A stretch of DNA of 64,000 bases from Callorhinchus milii (taxonomy: Eukaryota): contig NW_024704742.1 in NCBI RefSeq assembly GCF_018977255.1, positions 136,340,001 through 136,404,000 on the forward strand, written 5' to 3'. The notes under the pieces were generated by a model that had not been told where the DNA came from, did not search any database, and saw only the letters and a program-made list of their open reading frames with translations. This document shows, in pieces, positions 40,641-51,628 of this stretch; within the stretch, counting starts at the first letter, position 1, and every line of letters starts with the position of its first letter. Position numbers and translations under genes: made by a program.

Positions 40641-41766
40641 GTGAGGGAGTGAGGAGTTGAATGAGTGAGAGTTTGAGGGATTGAGTGAGTGAGAGTTTGA
40701 GGGAGTGAGAGTTTGAGGGATTGAGTGAGTGAGAGTTTGAGGAGTGAGTGAGTGAGAGTTTGAGGGAGTGAGTGAGAGAATTTGAGGGAGTGAGTGAATG
40801 TTTGATGGAGTGAGCGAGTGAGAGTTTGAGGGAGTGAGTGAGAGTTGAGAGAGTGAGTGAATGAGAGTTTGAGGGAGTGAGTGAGAGTTTGAGGGAGCGA
40901 GTGAGTAAGAGTTTGAGGGAGTGAGTGAGGGAAAGTTTGAGGGAGTGAGTGAGAGAGTTTGAGGGAGTGAGTGAGATAATTTGAGGGAGTGAGTGAGTGT
41001 TTGAGGGAGTGAGTGAGTGAGAGTTTGAGGGAGGGAGAGAGTTAGAGTTTGAGGGAGGGAGTGAGTGAGAGTTTGAGGGAGGGAGTGAGTGAGAGTTTGA
41101 GCGAGTGAGTGAGTGAGAGTTTGAAGGACTGACTGAGTGAGAGTTTGAGGGAGTGAGAGTTTGAGGGATTGAGTGAGTGAGAGTTTGAGGAGTGAGTGAG
41201 TGAGAGTTTGAGTGAGTGAGAGAATTTGAGGGAGTGAGTGAATGTTTGATGGAGTGAGCGAGTGAGAGTTTGAGGGAGTGAGTGAGAGTTGAGAGAGTGA
41301 GTGAATGAGAGTTTGAGGGAGTGAGTGAGAGTTTGAGGGAGCGAGTGAGTAAGAGTTTGAGGGAGTGAGTGAGGGAAAGTTTGAGGGAGTGAGTGAGAGA
41401 GTTTGAGGGAGTGAGTGAGATAATTTGAGGGAGTGAGTGAGTGTTTGAGGGAGTGAGTGAGTGAGAGTTTGAGGGAGGGAGAGAGTGAGAGTTTGAGGGA
41501 GGGAGTGAGTGAGAGTTTGAGGGAGGGAGTGAGTGAGAGTTTGAGGGAGGGAGTGAGTGAGAGTTGGAGAGAGGAAGTGAGTGAGAGTTTGAGGGAGGGA
41601 GTGAGAGTTTGAGGGAGGGAGTGAGTGAGAGTTTGAGGGAGGGAGTGAGAGTTTGAGGGAGTGAGTGAGAGTTTGAGGGAGTGAGTGAGAGTTTGAGGGA
41701 GTGAGTGAGAATTTGAGGGAGTGAGTGAGAGTTTGAGGGAGTGAGTGAGAGTTTGAGGGAGGGAGT
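40641..41766. repeat. Minisatellite, ~20-24 bp unit GAGGGAGTGAGT(GAGT)GAGAGTTT, with an internal ~444-bp duplication
   Basis: Directly visible; variant units recur at a 444-bp offset (for example AATGTTTGATGG at 40797 and 41241). Confidence 0.97.
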
Positions 41767-41857
41767 GCTGCCTTTATGTTTTGACTCAATCGCGACACAG
41801 TTGTTATTGTTTTACCTCAGATCTTTAAAAGCACGAGGAAAAAGGAGGAAGAGGATC

Positions 41858-41929
41858 ATGGCGGCTACTTGTCGGGAGGGGCAGAGATGCAGGGAGGTTA
41901 AAGGGCCGAAGCCATGTTCTGTGGCTGTG
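41858..41929 (+). CDS. CFAP53: CFAP53 (CCDC11) first coding exon (72 coding nt; exon probably starts at 41821)
   Basis: MAATCREGQRCREVKGPKPCSVAV contains the conserved REVKGP; good Kozak ATCATGG; GTTAGT donor; acceptor TTTTACCTCAG at 41820. Confidence 0.88.
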
Positions 41930-42276
41930 GTTAGTATTGTTGGATTGCCCGTGTCCTCTCCTGCACCGGGCTCTATATCACCCCCATCTGCGCCCATCTC
42001 CATCGCTCAGGGGATACAGTTCAAGATCCTGGTCCTCACCTTCAGTGGCCTCTTTCTTTCTAGTTTATCTTTATTTAACTTTACCTGTAGAAAGACAAGA
42101 GGGAGCACGGAATGGGAAATGGGCCATTTCAACCCAATAAGCTTGCGACTTGAGATATCAACTGTGTTGTTGTTGATCATTTTAGACACAGGTGAGAAAT
42201 GGGCTGATTCTCCCTCTGCCTGTTCAGGTGGACGTTGAAGATCCCCTGGCACTGTTCAAAAAGAAACGGGAGTTTA

Positions 42277-42603
42277 TAATAATAATAATAATAATAATCC
42301 TTGCATTTGATATAGCGCTTTTCATGTCTTCTCGACGTCTCAAAGCACTTCACATAATAGACTGTAAAGTGAATTGACCGTATATTTGTGGGCGAACGCG
42401 GCAGCCAATTGCGCACAGCAATGTCCCACAAACAGTCGTGGATTGAAAATGTCCAATTTATTATTGTTTTGTTTTGGAGGGATTATTATTAGGCTCTGTG
42501 TGGAGTAAGGAAACTTGCCCAAGGTTTCACCCTCTGCCTGGAATTGAACCCCAGGTGTCTCGCTTGCAAGGCAAGTGCTCTAACCACTGAGCTACAGGAC
42601 TCC
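42277..42603 (-). mobile_element. Young SINE, short subfamily
   Basis: Near-identical to 36461-36783. Confidence 0.92.
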
Positions 42604-42936
42604 AAACAATTTCCCCTTGGGTCCTGGCCAACAATCTCTCAAATAAAATTAGTCATTTGTTTCATGGTTGTTTGTGTTAATCTGCAGTGCGCAATTGTGC
42701 TGCTGCATTCATCTACAAATGTGTGAATTGATTTCATACTAAATCCCATGAAGCAATTTGAGACGTCCTTCCGACGTGATAAGGATTGATACCAAATGCA
42801 AGGTTTTTTTTATTTATTATTATTCTGTGTTAAGGCAGAAAATGATGTGCTCGCGTTGGGGATGTAGGGAGGGGGGATTGCTATTGTACCTATTCTGAAA
42901 ATCCCACCTTTGTGAATTTCGTCCTTTTGTTGTTAG

Positions 42937-43163
42937 AAAGCAAAAGCTATGCATAAAGGCATGCAAGCGAAAATTGAAAAACAAAAAAAGCTAGAGATTG
43001 CTTTGGAAGAGGCCTTAGCCTTCGAGAAGTACCAGAGAGATGGTCTGACCAGGAATAAGCTGGAGAGAATAGAGGAGCAAAAGAGAATGAGATTCAAGAT
43101 CAACCAAAACTTCAAAGGAATAATGCTGGAGTATAAAGCCAGCATAGATGACAGGAGAGACAG
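42937..43163 (+). CDS. CFAP53: CFAP53 coding exon 2 (227 nt)
   Basis: KAKAMHKGMQAKIEKQKKLE...YKASIDDRRD(R); TGTTAG acceptor, GTAAAT donor. Confidence 0.9.
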
Positions 43164-43831
43164 GTAAATGGGAGTACAGTGTTTATTTCAATTAACTCCT
43201 AGATAAAATTGGCCATTCACTTCCTGGCTTGTGGGACACTGCTGTGTGAAGAATGGCTGCTGCGTTCACCTGCAAATAAAATCCCGTGAAGCACTTCAAG
43301 AAGGCTATATCACATGCACGGATTATTGTAAGCAAAAAGTTGATTGTGGATTCACAAGAGCAAGATATAAAGTGTGTGCATTGGTCTGGATGAAGAAGAC
43401 CCTTTGGCCCATCTGATCTCATTCTTTCCAAATATCTATCCTTCCGTCAACATGATTTTTAAATGAGTCCCATTGTTCTGGCCTCAACCTGTCCTGGCAA
43501 CCTGTTCCAGTTGTTAATTATCCTCTGAGTAAAGAAAAACTTGCTGATGTGTGTCATAAAATTTCCTTTACAACTCTAAGACTCTGCCCTATTGAGTACT
43601 GTTGTGGCTCTATTTGAAAAGAGAAGGGAGTTTTCCCTGGTTTCCTAGCCAACAATCCCCAAATAAAGTTGGTCATTCTCTTCATGGCTATTTGTGAGAC
43701 TTTGCTGTGTGCAAATTGGTTGTCATGTTTGCCTAAAAGTACAAAGTAAAATCCCATGATATGAAAGGTTCTGTATTAAATGCAATAATCATTATTATGA
43801 TGATTAATGTTCTTTGTTTCATTTCTCCAAG

Positions 43832-44005
43832 GCTGCGAGAGCTCCTGGAAACCGAAGAGGAGGCATTGCTGAAAGAATTTGTTGGTCTTGGTGATACTGT
43901 ATTCGACCGGCAAGAAAAAATGAGGGAAAGAGCGAAATTCCTTCGGGATAAAAACGAGAAGGAAAGGCAGCAACTGGTGGCTGATAAACGTGATCAGCAG
44001 TTTAG
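43832..44005 (+). CDS. CFAP53: CFAP53 coding exon 3 (174 nt)
   Basis: LRELLETEEEALLKE...KMRERAKFLRDKNEKERQQLVADKRDQQF(R), matching human LRELLALEE...KNEKERQDFVAEKLDQQFR. Confidence 0.95.
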
Positions 44006-44551
44006 GTACCAGTTGATGAAACACACAATACAGGTTTTAGGGTGACTCCAAACAGAATTAAAGGGGAGTTCAAAGAAAAAAAAATCCTTACCACAGACGG
44101 AGAGAGGGTTGAGATTAACTGGCATAAACTGTTGTTGAGGCGAAGTGCTTAAAATCTTTTCTAAGGCGAATTTGACATATGTAGTGTAGTGGTTAGCATG
44201 CTCGCTTCGCAAGTGAGAGGCCCCAGGTTCGATTCCCAGATGTGGAGAAACCTTAGGTAAGTTACATTGCTTCACATGCCTGTATACCTAGCAGTAAGTA
44301 GGAACCTGGTTGTTAGTTGATTGACGGATCGCTTTCTGGGAGTAATAATCCCTTCAAATTAATGATAATAATTTGGACACGGCGGTTTGTGGTACATTGC
44401 TGTACGCAATTGGCTGCGTGTTTCACCCACACAATATACAGTCAGTTAACAGTATATTCTGGAGAATATTAGGAGGTTAAATGGGTCGAAAAGTCTTCTT
44501 CATCCAAACTTCTCATGATCTGTGTCTTTTGTGCCTTGTTGTTGTTTCTTG

Positions 44552-45143
44552 TTCATGCCTTCATCACCTCCAGGCTCGACTATGCAAACGCTCTGCTTGT
44601 CGGCCTTCCCAACTCCTCCCTCCACAGGCTGCAGATAATCCAGAACTCTGCAGCCCGTGTCCTCTCCCGCACCAAACTCCGTGACCCCATCTCCCCCATT
44701 CTCGTCTGACTCCACTGACTCCCTATCCTTCAGAGGATCCAGTTCAAGATCCTGGTCCTCAAATACAAAGCCCTCCATGGCCTCGCCCCACCCTACCTCT
44801 GCGACCTCCTAACCCCCTACCAACCCGCCCGTTCCCTCCGCTCAGCCGGCTCCGGCCTGCTCCACGTCCCCTAACCCACCCGCCCCACTATTGGCGGGAG
44901 AGCCTTCAGCCACTCTGCCCCCAACCTCTGGAATTCCATCCCCCAGTCACTCCACCTCGCCCCCTCCTTAGCCTCCTTCAAGTCCTGCCTCAAGCCCCTC
45001 CGCTTCGACCATTGGCCACCCCCCTTCCCCTCCCCTCCCCCCCCAACCCCAGCTCGGGTCTGAAATGCTGTACTCTGTCCAGCGCCTTGGGACCTCCTCC
45101 CGACGTGAAAGGCGCTATACAAATGTAATCTTGTTGTTGTTGT
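44552..45143 (+). mobile_element. L2 LINE 3' fragment ending about 10 nt before CFAP53 exon 4
   Basis: VHAFITSRLDYANALLVGLP peptide plus L2 tail. Other L2 fragments lie near 5460-5920, 23230-23805, 28255-28550, 30828-31470, 46430-46740, 50755-51100, 52080-52440 and 63320-63560. Confidence 0.9.
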
Positions 45144-45154
45144 TTTGGTGCTAG

Positions 45155-45458
45155 GGAGCAGAGCGAGGAACTGCGCAAGATGATGTTTCATAAGCACCAG
45201 CTGGAGGTCAACAAAGACAGGCTGGTGCAGCTGGAGATGAAGAAGGAGCTTGAAAGGAAGAAGGAGGAAGAAGAGGATCTCTTTGCTGAGCTGTGGAAAA
45301 AGGACCAGCAAGCGAAAGAGGAACGTCTGGCAAAGGAGATACAGGAGGAAAAGACTCGAAACCTGGAACTGCTCGCTGTTCAGCAAAGCCAGATGGTAGA
45401 AGCCAATGCCAAACGTATGGAAGCGAGGCGCTTGATACAAGAGGAGGCACAGTTAATG
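45155..45458 (+). CDS. CFAP53: CFAP53 coding exon 4 (304 nt)
   Basis: EQSEELRKMMFHKHQ...LFAELWKKDQQAKEER...IQEEAQLM; CTAG acceptor, GTAAGA donor. Confidence 0.95.
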
Positions 45459-46785
45459 GTAAGAGTGTCCAACTGACAGCTGGTGGGGGTTGGGGGAGGG
45501 TGGGGGTTGGGAGAGGGCGGGGGGTTCTTTAGCTTGCTTTTGATTTGTAGACTCTAGGAAAATAACTAAGAATCGTTTTATTTCATGTCAGGAGGACGGA
45601 CGTCTCAAACCGCTTCACAGAAATCACTAAAATAATTATAATAATAATCCTTTCATTTGATTTAACAACAAACAATAACAAAGTATGAAGCGCTTTTCAC
45701 GTCAGAAGAACATCCCTTATCATGTCGATGAGATGTCTCAAAGTGATATTACTGTAAAATGTAACTACTTTGTAGTTGTAGGCAAACGCGGTAGCCAATT
45801 TTATTTACAGGAACGTCCCACAAAAAGCCATGAAGCGAATGATAAAATTTATTTTGGGATAATGTTGGCCAGGATACCGGAGAAACTCATTTCTCTTTTG
45901 GAGCAGAGGGCTCTTATTTTTTTTCACATCTCATCTGAAGGATGGAACCTCTGACAATCTAGCACATTGTACATTGTGGGGTCCCGTAGTGCAGTGGTCA
46001 GCGAGCATGCCTCAAAAGCAAGAGGAACCAGATTTGATTCCCAAGGTTTCGCCAAGTTTCCATATTCCATACATCGCTTTACTTATCAGTAAGAAGGAAT
46101 CCAGCTGGCGGATTGCTTTCCAGAGTTAAAAATCCCTCCAAAAAACAATTTGGTCACTCAATCCATGACTGCTTGTGGGACACTGTTGTGCGCAATTGGT
46201 TGCTGCATTTCGCCCACAAAATGCAGTCAATCCACTTTACAATATATTGTGTGAAACAACGTGATCAGGCTCTATATCAGACGCAAGGAATATTTATTTA
46301 TTTTATTGGATTGCCAGCCTAATCTGTGACTTCAAAGTCCTGACATGAGGATTGCGCTTGCTTTCAGTATGTAGAATTTGTGAAACATACATAGATTGAA
46401 TTGTGACTGAGCATCCAAAGCTCTCTTTTGCTCTGGAGCTCCGGAAGCTCTGATCTGCTCCATGTCCCCCACCCAGCCCACCCCACCATCAGCGGTTGGG
46501 CCTTCAGCCTTTTTGCCTCCAACTTTTTGAACTGCATGCCATAGTCCCTTCACCTCGCTTGGTTTCTTCAAGGCACGTCTCAAAACCTCCTCTTCAACTG
46601 CGCCTCTGGTCACCCACTTACCCCTACCCTCCCTGCTCTCCTGATCACAATCTGCAGCTCAGGTCCAAATCTCTGACTGTCCAACGCCTTGGGACGTCCT
46701 CCTTACGTGAAATGGGCTTTGCAAATGTAATTTGTTATTGGTGAGAATAAAAGATTTGCTAATTGGTAATGTGGACATGTCACAG

Positions 46786-47004
46786 AAAGAGTTGGAGCGT
46801 CAGAAGAAGCTGGAGGATGAGCAGGATGAGATCAAGAAGGCCCAGAAACAGCTGGAAACCCGCAGCATGCTGCAGAAGTCCATCCAGATGAAGAATAAGC
46901 GTCTGGCAGAGCAGCAGAAGGAGGAGGAGGCCTTGGACACCAAGATCAATGAGCAGATGCTGAAGGAGTACCATGACGATGCTGAGGAGCAGAAGCAAAG
47001 AAAG
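46786..47004 (+). CDS. CFAP53: CFAP53 coding exon 5 (219 nt)
   Basis: KELERQKKLEDEQDEIKKAQKQLETRSMLQKSIQ...DAEEQKQRK; CACAG acceptor, GTAATG donor. Confidence 0.92.
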
Positions 47005-47989
47005 GTAATGAGAGGCCATGAGGGGTGGGGGGGGAGGGCGGGTCCAGGCAGGTCAGCAACATGCTTCAACAAGGCTGAAAGAGAGTCCTGTAACGTAGTA
47101 GTTAGAGGAAGGTGGTTAGAGCACTCGTCTCACAAGAGAGAGGACCCGGATTTGATTCCCGGGTCGGGTAAAACCTTAGGCAAGTTTCCTGACTCCACAC
47201 GTTTCTGTTTATCTAGCAGTAAGTAGGAACCTGGTTGTTAGTCGATTGGCAGATCGCTTTCTGGGGATAATAATCCTTTTTTTAAAAAAAATGTCACTCA
47301 ATCCACCACTGTTTGTGGACACTGCTGTGCGCAATTGGATGAGAGATTGAAAGCGAGCAAGGGAGAGAAAATGGGAGAGAGAAAAGAGAACATAAGCAAA
47401 CAACAGTGAGAGAGTGTAAAAAGGAGAGAAAGAATGTGAGCAAGAGGGAGAAAGGGAGTGAAGGACAGAAAGAGAAAGCAAGCAATACCCCCATACCCCT
47501 TTATTCCTCCCAGACCTGTCTACTGTATTTGTCAGCCTGGCTCAGCTGGTAGATCTCTCACCTTTAATAGAATCATGGAATATTGCAGCACAGAAGGAGG
47601 CCATTCGGCCCTTTGTGCCTGTGCAGGCTCTTTGGAAGAGCCACCCAAACAGTCCCACTCCCTCGCTCTTACACTCGCTCCTTGCAATTTTTTTCTTTTT
47701 AAGTACCTATCCAATTCCCTTTTGAAAATTGTTATTGAATCACTTAGAAAAATATGGGTTAATAAAGGACAACTAACATGGATCTTCAACCGTGCCTTCA
47801 GCTCCCCTCTCGACTCTCTACCCCCTCCTCGCTCCCTTCCTTCCCTCCCCTCACCCTGACCATTTCCCCAATGCTCGGGTCCCGACCCAACTGTCCAGCA
47901 CCTTGGGACGTCCTCCCGATGTGAAAGGCGCACTATAAATCTTGTTGTTGTTGTTAAAAGTCAAATCGTATCTAACAAACCTGATATAC

Positions 47990-49280
47990 AGGCACAGAAA
48001 CAGCCCTGTTCAAAGTGACAAATGCCATTCTGTCCATCTGCAACCAGGGCTCCCTCTGACTCCTCGTCCTCCTTGACCTCTGCTGCCTTCAACACCATTG
48101 ATCACTTTATCCTCATCCATTGCCTCTCCTCTCACCTCAACGGCTCTGTCCTTGACTGGTTCAGATCATACCTCTCACATCGCCTCCACTTCATCTCCAC
48201 AAACGGTTTCTCCTCTACCCCCCGCACCGTCTCATGCGGCGTTCCTCAAGGCTCTGTCCTTGGTCCCCTCCTCTTCAATATCCATATGCTCCCTCTTGGT
48301 GACATCATCCACAGACATGAGGTCAACTTCCATTTGTATGCGGATGACACCCAACTCTACCTCTCTGTCTCCACTCTTAACTCCAGGACCACTGCTGTGC
48401 TGACAGAATGTCTGTCAGACATCAAGTCCTGGATGAGAGCGAACTTTCTTCAGTTGAACGTCAGCAAGACCGAGGCTCTCCTGATTGGCTCCTGTAAGCG
48501 CCTCCTCACCTCAGGCGCTGACAGCATCACCATCCATGGTTGCGCACTTCACCTCGCTAAGCCAGTCCGGAACCTTGGCATCTTATTTGACCCTCAACTA
48601 TCCTTTGTATCCTACATCCGTGCCCCGACCCGCTCTGCCTTTCACCACCTCCATCCACAACATTGCTTGGCTCCGCCACTGTCTCACATCATAGGCTGCC
48701 GAAATCCTCATACACGCATTCATATATTGAGGTTTGACTATGCAAACTCCTTGCTTGTTGGCCTCCCCAACTTCTCCCTCCATAGGCTGCAGATCTTCCA
48801 GGAATCTGCAGCCCGTGTCCTCTCCCGCACCAGGTTCCATGACCCTATTACCCCCTTCCTCACCTGACTCCACTGGCTTCCCATCACGCAGAGAATACTT
48901 CAAGATAACGGTCCTAACCTTCAAAGCCCTCCATGGCCTCACTCCCCCCTACCTCTGTGACCCTTACCATCCTGCCCGCATCCTCCGCTCAGCGGGCTCC
49001 GGCCTGCTTCACGTCCCCCGCCTCGCCTGCCGCACCATTAGCAGGCGAGCTTTCTGCCACTCTGTCCCCATCCTCTGGAACTCAATCCCACAGTCCCTCC
49101 GCCTTGCCCCCTCCCTTTCCTCCTTCATTCCCATCTCAAGACCCTTCTCTTCGACCGTGCTTTCGATCATCCTGCTTCCCACCTACCCTCGAGCCTCCCA
49201 CAGTCACGACCCCCACCTCAGGTCCAAAACTGTCCAGCATCTTGGGACGTCCTCCCAATGTGAAAGATGCTATACAAATG
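47990..49280 (+). mobile_element. 5'-truncated L2-clade LINE with degenerate reverse transcriptase C-terminus and (TTG)n tail, in a CFAP53 intron
   Basis: ORF 48022-48867 contains GVPQGSVLGPLLF and YADDTQLY, then frameshifts; tail CTTGGGACGTCCTCCC...GTGAAAG..GCTATACAAATGTAATTTTGTTGTTG. Confidence 0.93.
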
Positions 49281-49384
49281 TAATTTTGTTGTTGTTATTG
49301 ATATAGTTTTTTAATGAATCCATATAAATTAATGAATCCATATAAACTACATCAAGTGCAGTTGTTATCAAACACAAAAGGTAA

Positions 49385-50210
49385 AATGGGCAGAAACGTA
49401 GCAGATGAAGTTTAATGTGGAGAAATGCAAAGTGTTGCATTTTGGGAGGAAGAATGAGGAGAGACAATATACGCTGATGGTACAATCTTAAAGGGAGTGA
49501 AGGAACAGAGAGACCTGGGGGTCATATAGTAAATCTTTGGAGGTGGCCGGACAGGGAGATAAAGCTGTTAAAAAAGCATACGGCTTTATAAATAGGGTCA
49601 TAGAATACAAAAGTCAGGAAGTTATGATGAACCTTTATAAAACACTGGTTAGGTCTCAGCGAGAGACTGTGTTCAGTTCTGGTCCCCTTCATTTTAGGTA
49701 TAGATGTCAAGGCAATGAAGAAGGTGCAAAGAAGATTTACCAGGATGGTATCAGAAATGAGGGACTTTAGTTATGAAGAGAGGCGAGAGACGCTAGGATT
49801 ATTCTCCTTGGAGCAGAGAAGGTTAAGAGGAGACTTAATAGAAGTTTTCTAAATTATGAGGGGATTCGATAGGGTGAACAAGGAGAAACTATTTCCACTG
49901 ACAGGAGGGTTGGTAACCAGAGGACAACAATTTAAAATAGTTGTTAAAAGAAACAGAGGGGAGGTGAGGAGAAATGTTTTCACACAGCGAGTTGTTCAGA
50001 TCTGGAATGCATTGCCTGAAAGGCTGGTGGAAGCCGATTCGATAACAACATTTAAGAGAGAAATAGATAAATATTTGGGGAGGACAAGTTTGCAGGGCTA
50101 TGGGGAGAGAGCGGGGGAGTGGGATTGATTTGGATAGCTCTTTTCAAAGAGCCGGCACAGACATGATGGGCCGAATGGCCTCCTTCTGTGCTGTATAATT
50201 CTATGATTTT
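49385..50210 (+). mobile_element. CR1-clade LINE 3' fragment
   Basis: ATGAAGTTTAATGTGGAGAAATGCAAAGTGTTGCATTTTGG (MKFNVEKCKVLHFG), LYKTLVR and FTQRVVQIWNALP peptides, and the tail GATGGGCCGAATGGCCTCCTTCTGTGCTG. Confidence 0.9.
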
Positions 50211-50323
50211 ATGATAAGATGGTGGAATAGCCTAGCCTGGCTCAGCATTTCTACGTTTCTATAAGGTAACAGTTTGATTTTACTTATTAACGTTTGAGTT
50301 TTGCTTATGGAATCTGTTTGCAG

Positions 50324-50540
50324 TTTGAGCTTCAGAGAGAACAGCATGCATATCGGCAATACCTGGCCCGGCAGGTGGAGGAACAGAAACTCCAAGAGAA
50401 GGAGATGGATCAGCTGATTGAGGCTGACCTCCAGAAGGCCCTAGCCAAACGCCTTGAAGAACTGAAGATGAAGAAAGGGGCTCGAGACCGGCTCCTAAAA
50501 GAGGTCATGGCGGCCCGCAAGCTTCAAGTCCAACAGAAAC
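50324..50540 (+). CDS. CFAP53: CFAP53 coding exon 6 (217 nt)
   Basis: FELQREQHAYRQYLARQVEEQKLQEKEMDQLIE...EVMAARKLQVQQK; TGCAG acceptor, GTAAGA donor. Confidence 0.95.
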
Positions 50541-51129
50541 GTAAGAGTGTCTTAGAATTACATCTTTTGCTCTTGCCTGTGCCTAATACTCTCCGGAATA
50601 GAGGCAGCAACTTGCATTTATATAGTGCACCTCACACAGGGTAGAGCCTCAGAGCACTTGACAGTAGTGAGGATAGTGCATATACAGTAATAATAATAAT
50701 CCTTGCATTTGATATAGCGTCTTATCACATCTTTGAGAAGTCTCAAAGCACTTCACAGATGGAACTCCATCCCCCAGTGCCTTCGCCTTGCTTCCTCCCT
50801 TTCCTCCTTCAAGGCCGGTCTCAAAACCTTTCTCTTTGACCGTGCCTTCAGTCCCCTCTCGACTCTCTTCCCCCTCCTCGCTCCCTCCCTTCCCTCCCTC
50901 ACCCTGACCATTTCCCCCTCCTTGCTCCCTCCCTTCCCCTCACCCTGACCATTTCCCCCCTCCTCGCTCCCTCCCTTCCCTCCCCTCACCCTGACCATTT
51001 CCCCCCTGCTCGGGTCATGACCCAACTGTGCAGCGCCTTGGGACGTCCTCCTGACGTGAAAGGCGCTTTATAAATGGAATCTTGTTGTTGTTGTTGTTGT
51101 TGATGTCACATACATCCTGTAAAATAAAA

Positions 51130-51628
51130 ACCTAAATGGGGTAGAGGACCAAAGGGACCGAGGGGTACACATACACAATTCACTATAAGGAGCAAAGCAG
51201 GTTAATAAGGCCATTAAAAAAAGCGAACCAGGCATTCCAGTTCATTTCTAGAGGAATATAAATGAAAAGTAGGGAAGTTATGGTAAACTTCTATAGAACC
51301 TGGGTTAGACCAGACTTAGAATACCGTGTGCAGTTCTGGTCCCCACATTATAGAAGGGATGTAGAGGCACTGAAGAGGGTGCAAAGGAGATTCACAAGGA
51401 TGATCCCAGAACTGAGAGGCTATACCTATCAGGAAAGGCTGAACATGCTTGGACTCTTTTGTCTTGAAAGGCGGAGGGTAAGAGGTGACCTGATAGAGGT
51501 CTTAAAACGATGAAAGGTTTTGATAGGGTAGACATAAGGAAGATGATTCCAATTGTGGGGGAGATCAAAACCAGGGGCCATCAAAGTAAAATAGTCACAA
51601 ATAGATCAAATAGGGAAGTTAGAAGAAG
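51130..51628 (+). mobile_element. CR1-clade LINE fragment
   Basis: VRPDLEYRVQFWSPHYRRDVEALKRVQRRFTRMIP peptide. Confidence 0.9.

Noticed and set aside
40620..41798. 392-aa minus-strand ORF (LPQTLTHS repeats)
   Set aside because: Product of the tandem repeat; no coding evidence.
48022..48867. Reverse transcriptase ORF as an active or domesticated gene
   Set aside because: 5'-truncated, frameshifted and followed by a normal L2 tail; a dead LINE copy.
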